From an uncultured Nitrososphaeraceae archaeon (lineage in GTDB: Archaea > Thermoproteota > Nitrososphaeria > Nitrososphaerales > Nitrososphaeraceae), in NCBI GenBank assembly GCA_963837175.1, contig CAWIMJ010000010.1, positions 28,453 to 92,452 of the forward strand: a stretch of DNA of 64,000 bases, given 5' to 3'. Positions 34,188-46,392 of this stretch are shown here, piece after piece (the first letter of the stretch is position 1; every line of letters begins with the position of its first letter). Position numbers and translations under genes: made by a program. The notes below the pieces were generated by a model. It was not told the origin of the DNA. It made no database searches and saw only the letters and a program-made list of their open reading frames with translations.

Positions 34188-34697
34188 CTATCTTTTGGAG
34201 TTGCCATATTTTTCATAGTGAACTAGTTCACGAAGCGGCAAACGGTTCTTTCTTTTACCTATCAATTTCCTTGCAGGATATCCAAAACCTGCTATGACTG
34301 TAGGACTCAGCTCGTTTGGAATTGCAAAGTCACTTCTAAGTTTTTCCTCCCTTATTCCTGTAAACAGACCTGAACCTACGCCATCATTCCATGCGGTCAG
34401 CTGCATATTCTGTAGTACCCTTCCTGCATCAATCAAATGAAAATTGTAGTTTGGATTTGTCAGAACTATTACTGCAAAATTGGCACCTGCTACCCAGCTT
34501 CCGCTTGTACTATCCTCTGCCATCTTCTTGAGATTGTTTTTATCATCCACTAGAATAAATCGCCAGTGTTGAGTATTAAGACCAGTACCTGTTAGTCTAG
34601 CAGCTTCAAGGACCTTTAATTTTATTTCCGACGGAACATCCAGTGTACTGAATTCTCTTACTTCAAGCTTGGTTGTTATACATTCAAAGGTGTCCAT
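34188..34697 (-). CDS. Nitroreductase family protein
   Basis: MDTFECITTKLEVREF, LEAARL..NTQHWRFILV, DAGRVLQNMQL, GFGYP; start moved to 34697. Confidence 0.9.
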   Translation of the reverse strand: MDTFECITTKLEVREFSTLDVPSEIKLKVLEAARLTGTGLNTQHWRFILVDDKNNLKKMAEDSTSGSWVAGANFAVIVLTNPNYNFHLIDAGRVLQNMQLTAWNDGVGSGLFTGIREEKLRSDFAIPNELSPTVIAGFGYPARKLIGKRKNRLPLRELVHYEKYGNSKR

Positions 34698-35534
34698 ATG
34701 TCCTCTTCTGTTAGTACACTTGTTACGTGCCACACATCTTAAAGATTTCCTATACATGATATCGCTCGTCCCCATTCTCCTGTTATGTCTTGACAAAATC
34801 TATGTTAATCTTCTTCGGTAGAGTGCCAAAGGATTTTCTATTGTTTGTATGATTGTCAACTGTTACTAGCATTTTTCTTCCTTGCTTCCTTCCTTCCCTC
34901 CAGCTAGACCACAGGTCAGGTTTCCTTTCGTTTTAGGCCAGGAAGAAGTAGGCATTATGCATTTTTACTGAAAAGTTTCTATTCTTTAACTGTTCGGTTC
35001 AAAAAATTACAGAACTTACGACCTTGTATGTCTGAGCCTCAGGAATCATTGTATTTTATTGAGATCACAACAGGAGATTAGGAAGTTCCGGAAATTAATT
35101 CAATACAACGATGCCAAAATGTCTTTTATTTACCACTAGCTACAGATTACCTAACTAGCATAAAATAATATTTTAATGGAAAATTAATATATATAGATAT
35201 AGACTTAAATTAGTTTCAAAGCATATGTATGTTATTGGCTATTATGCCAAATCTAAGCTGTGTCTTTATCAGAGTCTAGTATGATGCATGTATATGTTAA
35301 ATGCCATTGTGTGACCTTTAAGTGGCAGCCTAACACTGTTCCGTTGGCAATCTGATTCTATGCAGTTTGAGCAGCTATTAGAAATGGTATTTTTGTATTC
35401 ATCACTGTCAGAACTATGAATGATTAATCAATAGAACATTAGACGTTGGTTGGACTTTGTTAGACTAACTTCTGGGCATACAATGAAAATTTATAATAGT
35501 TGAATACTAATTAATAGTATAAATGCCCTATGGC

Positions 35535-35711
35535 TTAATACTGGAAAGTTTGTTCTTCCTCTAACTCCCTACCCTCTACATTGTCAACATTGTTTTGAGA
35601 TGAGGTATCGGCATCTTTCGATTTCTCTTTCTTTCTATACTCTTTATAACCTTCATTTCCATATGTTGAAGGTGATTCTACATTGTCTTCTGAAGCATTT
35701 GTATTACTCAT
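35535..35711 (-). CDS. 58-aa hydrophilic microprotein, paralog of 23621..23731
   Basis: MSNTNASEDNVESPSTYGNEGYKEYRKKEKSKDADTSSQNNVDNVEGRELEEEQTFQY. Confidence 0.7.
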   Translation of the reverse strand: MSNTNASEDNVESPSTYGNEGYKEYRKKEKSKDADTSSQNNVDNVEGRELEEEQTFQY

Positions 35712-35916
35712 ATTGCAGCCTGTACCTTTACTGTTATAAAGATATATGTTACAAACAATATCTTAGCATACATTAAAGAACTAAGTGAGATTAGTTCCTT
35801 GCATGTAGAAAGGCTCGCTGTCATTTTTTCTTCTTATTTAGAATTTTTTCTTTCCATAAAACTAAGATTCAGGATTGCTCCAAACTTTTTGAAAAGAACT
35901 GCTTTCTTCTTATATT

Positions 35917-36510
35917 TCAAATAGGAATTAGGCCAGTCTTATCATCAAAAGCTGTTGATGGAAAAGTAAGTATTTCATCCTTGCTAAATGTATTTCTTAG
36001 CTTGCGTATGCAATCCACAGCCAATCTGTTAGAAAAATCTTCTGGCATAAAGTACATCCTTTTCAAAAGTCCGAGAATTTCAGATAAGGTTGGAATGCTC
36101 CTTTTTAGTGTATCATATGATTCTATTATTGGGTCTTGAGTAATATCATCGCTATAAGTAGCATCATTAGTATCATTTCTAATTTTAATAGGCACTTTAT
36201 CATAATCAATAGAGATTTCTTTGATATATTGAAATCTAATAACATTCTCTCTTTCTCCTCCTCTCCCTTTTCTGTTTGTCTCTATAGTATAGGTAGCACG
36301 TATTCTTGTGCCATCAATAGAATCCTCAAATATGGGATTATCATCTAAAGTGATTTGTACCTCTTGTAAAAGCTTTAACAGCTGTTCTTGATTTGATTTA
36401 TTGCTATTAATGTTAGAGATATGCCTTAGGCAGGCATCTATTTCTTCTTGTGTGATTAAATCCTTTTTCTTAGTCATTGACATCTCTATTATATTCTCAT
36501 ACACATACAT
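35917..36510 (-). CDS. Hypothetical protein
   Basis: 197-aa ORF with globular composition; no motif recognised. Confidence 0.65.
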   Translation of the reverse strand: MYVYENIIEMSMTKKKDLITQEEIDACLRHISNINSNKSNQEQLLKLLQEVQITLDDNPIFEDSIDGTRIRATYTIETNRKGRGGERENVIRFQYIKEISIDYDKVPIKIRNDTNDATYSDDITQDPIIESYDTLKRSIPTLSEILGLLKRMYFMPEDFSNRLAVDCIRKLRNTFSKDEILTFPSTAFDDKTGLIPI

Positions 36511-37023
36511 TTGTTTTATATTGCTCTTATCTTTTATTGTAATATTTCATTTTATAAAATGTAATTATCACGAGGCATTTATGGCGAGTAGAGTCAAAAT
36601 ATCAATGCCATAGGTTCCTGATTACATAAGACTTTTTACTGGATAAAAATAACGTAAGTAATAAACTCCACTTAGCACAGCCTAAGAGCAGCGTTTCTTC
36701 AAGACATAAAAAGATTTGAGATCAAAAATAAATTGGAGTTAAATTTGCACTATTACTAAAAGGTATGAATCAGATAAGGATAACATTAATGGGCTCATCT
36801 CTATCAGTGAAGTCATGATATTTTGAAAATTGATATCCCATAAACTTATAGTTTTATAAAATATTTTTTTGTAGTGGTTTATGGTACTATAAATGGTCAT
36901 CATCAACTACTACTATTACTAACTCAAGACCATTATGAATTTACTCATTCTTCTTATATCCTGTCAAAAAGCAAAGCCCGTGAATCCACTTCGTTTCATT
37001 TACTTATTTTTGGTGAACCAAAA

Positions 37024-37641
37024 TCAAGATTTGTGCTTTCTAGCCGATACTAGAAAATATAGAGGAGTAGCTATAAACAGTACAAGACTTACCTGGGTAC
37101 TTACAAACGATATAGAAACTGCGATCAAATAAATAGTAGGCCCTAAGAGAAATCTTCTTGACATTATTGTTATAAAGGTGGGATCAAGATCGCTATCTAC
37201 TAAATGATGATCTTTTGTAGCATACCACCATCGTACATATTCCCAAAATCCAACTATGCTTATATTGATCCCATAGATAATTACCGAGATCTGCTGATCT
37301 CCATACTCTCCAATCAGAGATGTTGAAAATGGTACAAATGCTATAAACATTAGATAAAAGATAGTTATCCAAAGAAAGGTTCGATTTGCTCGTTTAACAT
37401 AATGGAACTGATAATCGTGGGCAATCCAAAAAAAACCTAAAATTATAAAACTTGTTCCATAACTTAGAATCACAGGCCATAACTCGAGTAGTTGTTTTGG
37501 AAGCTCAATAGCCGCCTCTGAATGAGATAGCTGTGGTACAGCAATCTCAAGTACTAACAGAGTCATGACTATAGCAAAAACTCCATCAGTAAGTCTTTCA
37601 ATGCCAGATTTGCTTATCTCATTTCCAACTTCTCCTGACAA
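37024..37641 (-). CDS. TMEM175 family potassium channel
   Basis: IERLTDGVFAIVMTLLVLEI, SFIILGFFWIAH, FVPFSTSL; six TM segments. Confidence 0.9.
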   Translation of the reverse strand: MSGEVGNEISKSGIERLTDGVFAIVMTLLVLEIAVPQLSHSEAAIELPKQLLELWPVILSYGTSFIILGFFWIAHDYQFHYVKRANRTFLWITIFYLMFIAFVPFSTSLIGEYGDQQISVIIYGINISIVGFWEYVRWWYATKDHHLVDSDLDPTFITIMSRRFLLGPTIYLIAVSISFVSTQVSLVLFIATPLYFLVSARKHKS

Positions 37642-37869
37642 TCTTCTATATTCACCGGTAGACAGATTCTGGAGAATATAGCTGTAAAATGTTTTGTTTG
37701 ATCAGCCTAAATGAATAGAAATAGCACCAGATATGCTTTTCAGTGTTGACGATCGTGAACCGTCGACTAAAATCAAATGAGATAAGGTCAAAGATGGGTG
37801 CTTATTCTCACCTAAGTTATGCTACATCATTTATGTACGACAATCAGGTGAGTAGTAGTAGTGCACACG

Positions 37870-38075
37870 CTAGCATGTGAGAAATCCGTCGTTAATGAAG
37901 ATCGTCTGCACAGTTATCCAGCCTGCTTCTGGTGAGGTGAGAAACTTCGCTAAGGGCACAATGTCCTTAATCTCACCAAGCTGCCCGTTGATGCTCTGAT
38001 GCTTAAAATATTCGGATGATTCTAGTGTTTCGGCTGGATAAAAGAACCAAGTATTGAGAGGGTCGGGTGCAATAT
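37870..38075 (-). pseudogene. C-terminal fragment of a short-chain dehydrogenase
   Basis: NIAPDPLNT..LGEIKDIVPLAKFLTS..WITVQTIFINDG. Confidence 0.7.
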
Positions 38076-38308
38076 TGTGTGGATGATGCTGCTCTTTGTT
38101 TTTAGCTTGCCGATTCATCATTTATTTTATTTACAGATAAAGGTCTACAAATTCATGGGTAAGACAGGAATTGAAGTACCTAGAAGGAAGGAAATGAGGA
38201 AGAGATGTTGTCATTATTGTCGGTGAAGATCCTTCTCCCCTGCTCCTATAAGACAAGCTGCCTATAGACTAGGTTTACATCCATCGTATCTTTCACTAGT
38301 TTTTGGAT

Positions 38309-39005
38309 TTATTTTCCAGTCTGCTTGCTAATATTACTGCTGCCACATTGATCCTTTATCCAGATTGTGTCAGAGAATTCACTAACGTCGCAGAACCTTG
38401 TTACTGGTTCTGCATATTTATTTTGAAGAAGGGCTTGATTGAGGTTTATGAGTATGTTATTGCTATAGTTAGTATTACTGCCACTGCTACCGCTACTACT
38501 ACCAACACAATATACTACACCTACGACTCTACCAAAGCTCAATTTTTGCCCATTGTCTGCGTCAAAGATCGCAATAGATCCAACAGGACATGTTGCTGCC
38601 TACAAAGTCCTTTGCTTCCTTGTATCCTGGTTCACCTAGTTCTGGGGTGTTTACAAGTGAAAATCTTATTCTTGTTATTGTACCATTATTGATGTCTAAA
38701 TCTAGGGTATCACCATCTACTATATGAATTACAACACCTGTGATATTTCCTCTAATTGTGTTATAATCAGTAGAAGTAGAAGTAGTAGCTGCAGCTGCTG
38801 CATAATAAACGACAGAAGTAGGAATAGGAGTAAAGCCCTCTGCAGCTGTCATAGTGTTTATAGAGAATCCAAACAGAAGAACAACTGCAATGTATGCAGC
38901 TGTTGCTATAACTATCATTAAAAGACCGAATTTTACATAGTCTTTATTATTATGGCTATTGCTACTGCTGTTGGTTTTATTATTATTATTTAAAACTAAT
39001 TTCAA
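38309..39005 (-). pseudogene. Membrane-anchored thermonuclease (SNase), one frameshift
   Basis: IVDGDTL, RIRFSLVNTPE, EAKDFV; removing one base at 38599-38600 continues AATCPVGS..DNGQKLSFGRVVGVVYC..NLNQALL. Confidence 0.85.
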
Positions 39006-39484
39006 TTAATCTATTCTACCTCCTTCTTATTCTCTTGGCTTCTTTCCTTTTTTTACTCTTCTACCCTATTGGTGCTACTAATACCGCTCCCGCTCTCTTC
39101 CTCATCTTAACTATTAGAATATTATTATTTTGCTTTGGTAATGTTAGTAGTAGTCGTTGCGTTATCAGGGTAAGTGTCTGCATTAACACCTAATGTATGG
39201 TTTCTATCTCTCTTGATAGGCTCCTGGATACGCTTCACTATAAGATTCATGAATCATCCCTTTCTTTTGCATGATTCTATTATGCAGCATGTCTTCGAGT
39301 GTTTTTAATGATGGTGTGAGTGGTGCTGCTGCTTATGCATTGATATATCCTACTGAAAATATAATGTAATTTATAAGATTATTGATACGATATACACCAA
39401 TAGATAGTAGAGTCTTCATTTCTCATCTGTTGATATTATATTCTAATTCTATCTTTCAACTAGACTAATGTAATATTACCTTTT

Positions 39485-40382
39485 TTATGATAATGACGAA
39501 GGCTGTATCTCTCTTACACTTAAATCTATAAAATCCCATATCATATTGTCTGATCTGAAAGTAACTATTGGACCAGAATTTGTTATTACATAATCTTTGG
39601 TTCTGCCACAATTAGCACTATAAAATACCTTATCTGAACTATCGGCATACCAACCACCGTTATCAATTAACTCTGTTACTTTTTTCCAATTATTATTATT
39701 TTTATCATCTAAATACGACTCCATCTTAACAGCTTTGTCATTGTTTATATTATATATCACCACTTTCCATCCTATCCACCTATCAAGAAGGGAATTATCA
39801 GTAGCAATAGCTCTGCCTTTTTCATCTGCATATCCACCAATATGCCATATCTCCTTTTCCCAAAAGACTTCACCATTTACACGTATATTTCCTTTCAGAG
39901 AAGTACCTTCGCACGGAACACTGCTGCCTATGTCTACTACCCCGTGCATACCAATCTAGACGATCCATTTGTGATTCTGTTGAAATTACTTTAGCATATC
40001 CTGTTATCTCTACATTTTTCCATTGTAGTGTACCTTTGGGAGTATTTACATTCATTCGTACCTGATCTTCATATTTTCCTGAACCATCTCTCCCTTTTAT
40101 CTGCCAAGATCCATCAGGCTGTCGTGTTAGTTTGGATTGAGGATCAAATATTCCGTCTGCTGTAGGATCATCTAGATTGATAAACCATTCTCTTCCATTC
40201 TGTATTGTAGGATAGATCTCCTTTACTTTGAAGTTATGTATCGCAGTAGTAGTGATAGGAATAGGCGGTGGTGGCAGGAATAAAATTTGAGGATAATAAG
40301 AGTAAATGAGTATAATAATAACTGTAGCAATAAAGGCGAAAGTAATAATGATTGTAAGTAAGCGACTATGTTTTTTATTCAA
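39485..40382 (-). pseudogene. Membrane-anchored beta-rich extracellular protein (possibly carbohydrate-binding or lyase-like), one frameshift
   Basis: WKNVEITGY..WYARGSRH/SSSVPCEGT..WIGWKVVIYN..LSVREIQP; extra base at 39927-39928. Confidence 0.75.
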
Positions 40383-40949
40383 AAATTTATTTCCTCGTTT
40401 GTTATAATTTTAATATAACATTTATGATAGGCTTTGCATTTTAACCTATCTAGTTGAAAAACTAATCTGGAAATGATTGACAGCACATTTGAAAGCGTTC
40501 TCATATATCTTCAATCAGTATCAATTTCTATTATAAGATACATAGATATCAATCTGAGGATAATATGAAATGGCTTATTTATAAAAATCGTTCCTAGTTA
40601 ATGGAAGTGATGTCTTAAATCATATACCAGACGAGTTATCTGTAACAACTGCTACTGCTTTTTCTTGTAGACTATATATCTCGTGCAAGACAATAATTTA
40701 ATTATATATCACATTGGTGAGTTAGTTTACAAATTTTACAAATATGTCTTTCGTATTCTCAGAACAAATTACGTTGATTATAAAATGTGGTTCATATCCT
40801 ATTGTGTTCTTGCTACTAAATCTTTATTATTTTAATTATTATCTCCCTCTTCTATTAACAATACTGTTGTAGTAGTAGCTGTTTTCTTCTTTATTTGCTC
40901 TCTGTTTCCTCCATCTTCCTGTGTCCATTTTTACCGAGCATAAAAATAG

Positions 40950-40991
40950 GATGTGAGGGATATATTTATAGATGTGAGGGATATATTTATA
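40950..40991. repeat. 21-bp tandem duplication containing a TATA-like box
   Basis: GATGTGAGGGATATATTTATA twice. Confidence 0.85.
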
Positions 40992-41558
40992 GAAAACTAC
41001 ATTCCTATAGAAGATTTAAGTTAATAGCACCATGTGACTGTATGATAGCGTTATATGTTATAATTACTTCCCCCCAGAGAGGCAGAATAAAAACTCCATT
41101 CTAAACGTCTATAGACAGAGAGAATATATCTCATGAACATAAATGTGGTCTAACAGTAAAACATTTCCCAAATACCATTTGAAAGTAGGCAAGATAAAAG
41201 ATCATCTTTTAGAATACATATTTCATGCAACGCGTCAACATCGATGTAACAAATTGGAATACATGATACAAGGTCATAGAGAAGCAGAGCAGAGCATATA
41301 ATATTCATACATGGTAGTGTAATAGATGATTTTAATGTTCCATTAATTGAGTAGCCAGTCTTTATGAACCGTTATTATTTGATAATCTATTATCGGAGAG
41401 ATTTGCAGAAGGAGCAAACAAACTTGTTGCAGAGAAGAACAAGATCACAAAACAAGTGAAATGACAGCTACAACTATAAAATCAACTGTTTTAATGAACG
41501 CTATTGATTGTTTATACTAAAAATCCTCTTCCATATATATATTATAATGACAATCTAA

Positions 41559-42179
41559 TTGCATGTTGGGAAAAAGTATCTCTTATATATTTTGATGTGG
41601 ATTGCAATAAAGATGAATAAAAATCTACTATCCGCTTTTATTGTAGGAATATCATCCATATTATTAGCTGCAGGAGTAGAGGTTATTACATTTCAAACTG
41701 TATTTGCACAAACAACTACTCCTACAATTCGGTCAGACATTAATGCTACTGCTGCATTGAGTACTATTCTAGGCGACCCATTTTTTGTAGATAGAGGTTC
41801 AAAAGACACTGGAACTAGAGTTTTAAGTATTACAGGTCCTATTCAGACAGAAGATTCCTATATTGCTAATGTAACAATTAAAGATGTAGGTAATGCAACA
41901 GATACTGGAACATTTATCACAACTTATGAGACTAATGGAATAACTACAAGTATAGGTCAAGGAATAATAACTTCTTTTGATGGTGAAATAGCAACTTATA
42001 CAGCAAAGGATTTAGGAGTAACTAACGAAAAAGGAGAGATAATATATCATGGAATTCAGATTTTCAGTACCAATTCTACCGGTAAACTATCTTTTATGGA
42101 TAATTTAGTCGGTCTCTATGTATATGAAGATAATCCAGATGGCAGTCGAAAGTCTGGAAAAATATGGGAGTGGAAATAG
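41559..42179 (+). CDS. Secreted hypothetical protein (Nitrososphaera-type, ends KIWEWK)
   Basis: Signal peptide ending VFA-Q; beta-rich body; start probably at MNKNLL. Confidence 0.75.
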   Translation: MHVGKKYLLYILMWIAIKMNKNLLSAFIVGISSILLAAGVEVITFQTVFAQTTTPTIRSDINATAALSTILGDPFFVDRGSKDTGTRVLSITGPIQTEDSYIANVTIKDVGNATDTGTFITTYETNGITTSIGQGIITSFDGEIATYTAKDLGVTNEKGEIIYHGIQIFSTNSTGKLSFMDNLVGLYVYEDNPDGSRKSGKIWEWK

Positions 42180-42563
42180 GATGGAGGAAGGAATTTAGTG
42201 GAAAATAATATACATGGATTACTACATTATGTTATTAATTTGATCTGATCACCTGAGTTACATTTAACATCAGTAGGATTATAGTGATTAAGAACACTAT
42301 CCCAAGGTTTCAATCCTTTGTCCTAACAGTATGTTGTTTGACATCTACTACATCAATTGAATAGACGATAAATTTTTAACTTCACAGGCAAATTACTGAT
42401 AACCTCAAAAAAGAGGGTAGCTTTGGTTTAGGAAGCAGGTATTACATGGTATCCTGTACCCTTGCTGTATTTGTCACCGTAAATTTAACCATTTAACAAA
42501 AGATAGGAAAAACATACAAAATGATGGATACTATAACAAAGCAATTGTGATAATACTATATTA

Positions 42564-43706
42564 TTAATTTCCTTTTAATAAGGTATGAATTACGTTTTTA
42601 AACTCTTCATCATTCAATGGTGGAATATTTGCAAGCTTCAGGTTTTGTTCAATGTGTTGTGGCTTCTTGTAACCTATAAGCGACGCAATAACTGAAGGAC
42701 TAGAGCGTATTACCTGAACCAGTTTCGTTACTTGATCAGTTAAGCCCATATAATCAGGAATCTGGGCTTTAAGCAATCTGCTCTGAAATAATGGGATACT
42801 AGTAAATACTTTTATATTCAATTTCTCAGCAGCTTCTAATATTGTCAAATTTTTTTCTGTACCTACATTTTGACCTTTGAGTAATAATGCTTCGCTATAA
42901 GCTAGATTATATGGTAGTTGAATAAACCTAAATCCATGTTGCTTGCCTCCTACTTTTTCAGCTAGACTAACTACTTCTTCTAAAGATAAATATTCTTTAT
43001 TATCAAAAGGTACTCTAAAACAGGTCCATGTAGCCATTCCATAATAGCGGATCTTGTTAATTGATCTGTATCTTTCATATACTTCAAATACTCTGCTAAG
43101 CATTTGCATAAATTCCTCTCTCTTAATGTCCTCATGCCAGCTTTCAAATGCATTGTGAATGTATACTAAGTCAATAGCACTCAGATGCATATTAGTTAAT
43201 GATTTCTCGATACATCTTTCAATATAGTTAGGATTGAGAACATTATAGCCAGAGCTTATTTCATCAGGCTTTATTATCCCAGTGGAGATGAACATTCTTT
43301 GCATGTATTCCATTACATCTATGCTTGGATAGTCGCCATCGTTTGTAATGTATCCATTCTTAGTACAAATAAAAACTTGATCTCTTGATATAACGCCTTC
43401 TTTTCTCAAACGTAACAATGCTCTACCTATGCATCTCTCGGACTTCATAGCACGATAATTAATAGCTGTATCTATAACATTTATAGCACCAGATTTTATT
43501 GACTCATAGACTGCATTTTCCATAGCATTATCATCTACTGTGCTGAGGTCACCCAGATATGTGCCCATGCCAATACTTGATAAATATAACCCATCAAAAA
43601 GACGAAAGTGATTAGAAGGCTTTCCTCTTTGAATTGCATATTCCATATATCTTTTCGTTCCACTATCAGTTGCATATCCGTTTAGTACTTCATATGTGCC
43701 AGACAA
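42564..43706 (-). CDS. Aldo/keto reductase
   Basis: LSSIGMGT, IDTAINY, FICTKNG, IDLVYIHN, IQLPYNL. Confidence 0.92.
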   Translation of the reverse strand: MSGTYEVLNGYATDSGTKRYMEYAIQRGKPSNHFRLFDGLYLSSIGMGTYLGDLSTVDDNAMENAVYESIKSGAINVIDTAINYRAMKSERCIGRALLRLRKEGVISRDQVFICTKNGYITNDGDYPSIDVMEYMQRMFISTGIIKPDEISSGYNVLNPNYIERCIEKSLTNMHLSAIDLVYIHNAFESWHEDIKREEFMQMLSRVFEVYERYRSINKIRYYGMATWTCFRVPFDNKEYLSLEEVVSLAEKVGGKQHGFRFIQLPYNLAYSEALLLKGQNVGTEKNLTILEAAEKLNIKVFTSIPLFQSRLLKAQIPDYMGLTDQVTKLVQVIRSSPSVIASLIGYKKPQHIEQNLKLANIPPLNDEEFKNVIHTLLKGN

Positions 43707-44074
43707 TTATTCCAAGTCACTTTATAGAATCTCTGAAATTAATAGTTTAATGTTCAGTTCAAAACTAGTTTACTTCTAGTAAATGCCCTAGCCAGAATTT
43801 ATGATAGCTTTATCGTCTCACTTTCATCTTTTAAAACTGAATTCGTGTATTTGTTAGGCTCTTCTATTAAGTCTTGTACGATATATGAAATAATAAATCA
43901 TACTCTTCTACAGTTATTGTCACGAGCGTTCATGAACAATTAAATTTAAATGACAGATACAAAGATGATCTATATCTTTAACCAATTGAAAAGTTATGTT
44001 TGTAGTTAAATATAGTATGTGAAGATGATCTATATCGAAAAATGAACAGTAAATACTTGATACCTTGCCAATTT

Positions 44075-44812
44075 TTATCCTTGTTTTACCTGCTCATCTT
44101 CCGCTGCTGCTGATGGAAAGTCTGTATCTTTATGAAGTGCTTTATACACTCCAGCTGCTATTATTCCTCCGATAATGGGTGCTATCCAGTAAAGCCAATT
44201 ATATTCAAAGTTTCCAGTAATCAATGCAGGGCCAAAAGAACGAGCTGGATTTAATGACCCTCCACTAATAGAACCACCAAAAATAACATTAAATCCAAGT
44301 GTAAATCCTACTGCTACTCCTGCTAATGGTGCTATTTTTATATTTTTAGATGTAGTTGCTGCTAATACTACATATACAAGAGTAAATGTCATAACAGTCT
44401 CTAATACAAATGCTCTAGTAACGTTTCCATCTGCAGGAAGTGTTACACTTGCTGCCATAGAAGAACCAAAAATAGCATAGACAACAGCTGCACCAATAAC
44501 AGCACCTATTATTTGACATATAATATATAATATCGCTTCTCTTACTCCTAATTTTCTTGCTACTAGCAATCCTATTGTAACAGCTGGGTTAACCTGAGCT
44601 CCAGAGCGATACCCAATAGCATAAACTATTGCAGTTAGTGCTAGCGCATGAACTAAACCTATTCCAATTACTCCTACCTGGCCACTATCAGAATATACAG
44701 TAGCTGCTGAGGCAATTGCATAAACAAGTATAAAAGTACCAACAATTTCAACTAGATAGTTATATTTTGAACTTGCCACTAACATAACTATTTTTTGGCA
44801 ATATATTGACAT
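44075..44812 (-). CDS. Aquaporin (MIP family)
   Basis: SGAQVNPAVT and GGSLNPARSFGPA; WLYWIAP. Confidence 0.95.
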   Translation of the reverse strand: MSIYCQKIVMLVASSKYNYLVEIVGTFILVYAIASAATVYSDSGQVGVIGIGLVHALALTAIVYAIGYRSGAQVNPAVTIGLLVARKLGVREAILYIICQIIGAVIGAAVVYAIFGSSMAASVTLPADGNVTRAFVLETVMTFTLVYVVLAATTSKNIKIAPLAGVAVGFTLGFNVIFGGSISGGSLNPARSFGPALITGNFEYNWLYWIAPIIGGIIAAGVYKALHKDTDFPSAAAEDEQVKQG

Positions 44813-45504
44813 TTATGAAGAAGATGCTGAAACTAATAACTATAACTCTTCTTCAGTATAAAAGCGACGATTATTATTTTATGTTCTTATGTTTATGTTA
44901 TTTTGAATTAGAAGAGAAATATAGCAATTTATCCTATTTCTTCTATAACAACAAGATACTACTAGATTCTCCGATATTAACCACAGATAGTATTATTGCT
45001 TCTACTACCAATGAGACGCATAGACTCTAGGGTTCTTACCATATTTCTCTTTTTGTCCAAAGTTGAAATTCGTGTTCTGCACCTTTGCTACCCATGGCTG
45101 ATTTAATAACTACTATATCGTTAGTGATTTTGAGCACGAAAATAAAAGCAGAAATAAGACGTTAACCTATCCATGTCACATGCCTTAAATGACAAATTTA
45201 ATTTCAAGAGATTCAGAAGTTCTACTGCTCTATCTATTTACATCGTTCTGTCTTTCTTTCTTCTCCATAAGGGGTTTGAACCTATAAATATTATTTTATT
45301 CACATTATAGAAATTTATGAATAAAAAATGAACAGAAGAAAGGTACTGATTCAAAAAACGAAAAATCACTGGAAATAAAAGAAAATTGTGAAGCATCAAT
45401 CAAAATATGTCTATATGAGCATAATGGAATAGATACAGAATCCTTAAGTTGAAGGTAGAAATATATTCTAAAACTGCTAAATAATATTTTTCATAAATCA
45501 ATAT

Positions 45505-45939
45505 ATGAGTCTAGACAATCTGGCGGGTATGTTTTCGCAGAGAAGCGGAGTTCAGCAATCTATGGGCAACTCTATAATGAGTGCGATAATTGGATTTATG
45601 GCACAAAAGATGATGGGACAAGGCATAGGTAGTATGCTATCTGGTAGTGGCGGTGGTAGTAGTTCAGATGGTATACAGTCATTGTTGTCAGGTCTAGCAG
45701 GAGGAGGAGGACTCAACCGTGATCATGAACTAGTAAGACATGTACAACAAACTGCTGGGATACAAGATCCAGAGGCAGCTCAACAATACACCAAACAAGG
45801 AGTGGATATACTAAACGAACAATCTAGAAGTAATCCACAAGGATTGCAATCCTTATTTGGCAGTTTTCTAGGAGGAGGAGGGCAGGAAAAGAAGGGTGGT
45901 GGTCTCGGTGGAATGTTAGGCGATGTTCTAGGTGGCTAA
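45505..45939 (+). CDS. Gly-rich hypothetical protein (DUF937/YidB-like)
   Basis: Amphipathic helices with GGGLGGMLG repeats. Confidence 0.75.
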   Translation: MSLDNLAGMFSQRSGVQQSMGNSIMSAIIGFMAQKMMGQGIGSMLSGSGGGSSSDGIQSLLSGLAGGGGLNRDHELVRHVQQTAGIQDPEAAQQYTKQGVDILNEQSRSNPQGLQSLFGSFLGGGGQEKKGGGLGGMLGDVLGG

Positions 45940-46188
45940 AAGATAGATATAGGCACGAGTTATTTTTTATCTATTTCTAATTTTAATAATAAGTGCAACG
46001 CTTGGATGCATTGACTATGTTATATATCCAACTGATCGATTTGGGGCATTTGAGTAAGGAAATGAATGAATGTAGCAGTACAGTAAGTTATAGCTAATAA
46101 AAGAAAAAAAATAAAATAAATCAAAATAAAACAATGGCAATTTCTAATACAGTGTATGATTTAACGTGTTCGACTTACAGCTATATGC

Positions 46189-46392
46189 TCAACCTGTCGA
46201 ATTTGACATCATTGAAGTCATATTTCCGCCAGTCATATTTGCACCATTAGTCATATTGCCTCCTGTCATGCCGCCAGAAGTCATATTCTCCTGAGCTAGT
46301 ACTGGAGTAGTAACAACAGCAAAGCTTCCAAAGGCTGTTATTGCCACTAATGTGACAATTGCAATTACACTCAGTATTTTTTGTGTATTCAT
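46189..46392 (-). CDS. Small secreted Met/Gly-rich peptide with NMT sequons
   Basis: MNTQKILSVIAIV..PVLA-QENMTSGGMTGGNMTNGANMTGGNMTSMMSNSTG. Confidence 0.75.
   Translation of the reverse strand: MNTQKILSVIAIVTLVAITAFGSFAVVTTPVLAQENMTSGGMTGGNMTNGANMTGGNMTSMMSNSTG

Noticed and set aside
36672-36685. TTAGC-ACAG-CCTAA as a further operator
   Set aside because: One mismatch and about 160 bp from the nearest start; not promoter-proximal like the other sites.
15402-37030. TGA-to-Trp recoding (TGA at Trp-like positions in the SnoaL gene and TMEM175 tail)
   Set aside because: TGG is used normally, TGA terminates intact genes, and TAA interruptions also occur; simple point decay explains it.
43962-44036. 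15-bp direct repeat AAGATGATCTATATC, and a similar short repeat ACATATTGCCTGCT at 16948 and 16981
   Set aside because: Only two copies each with no further structure; probably local duplications.
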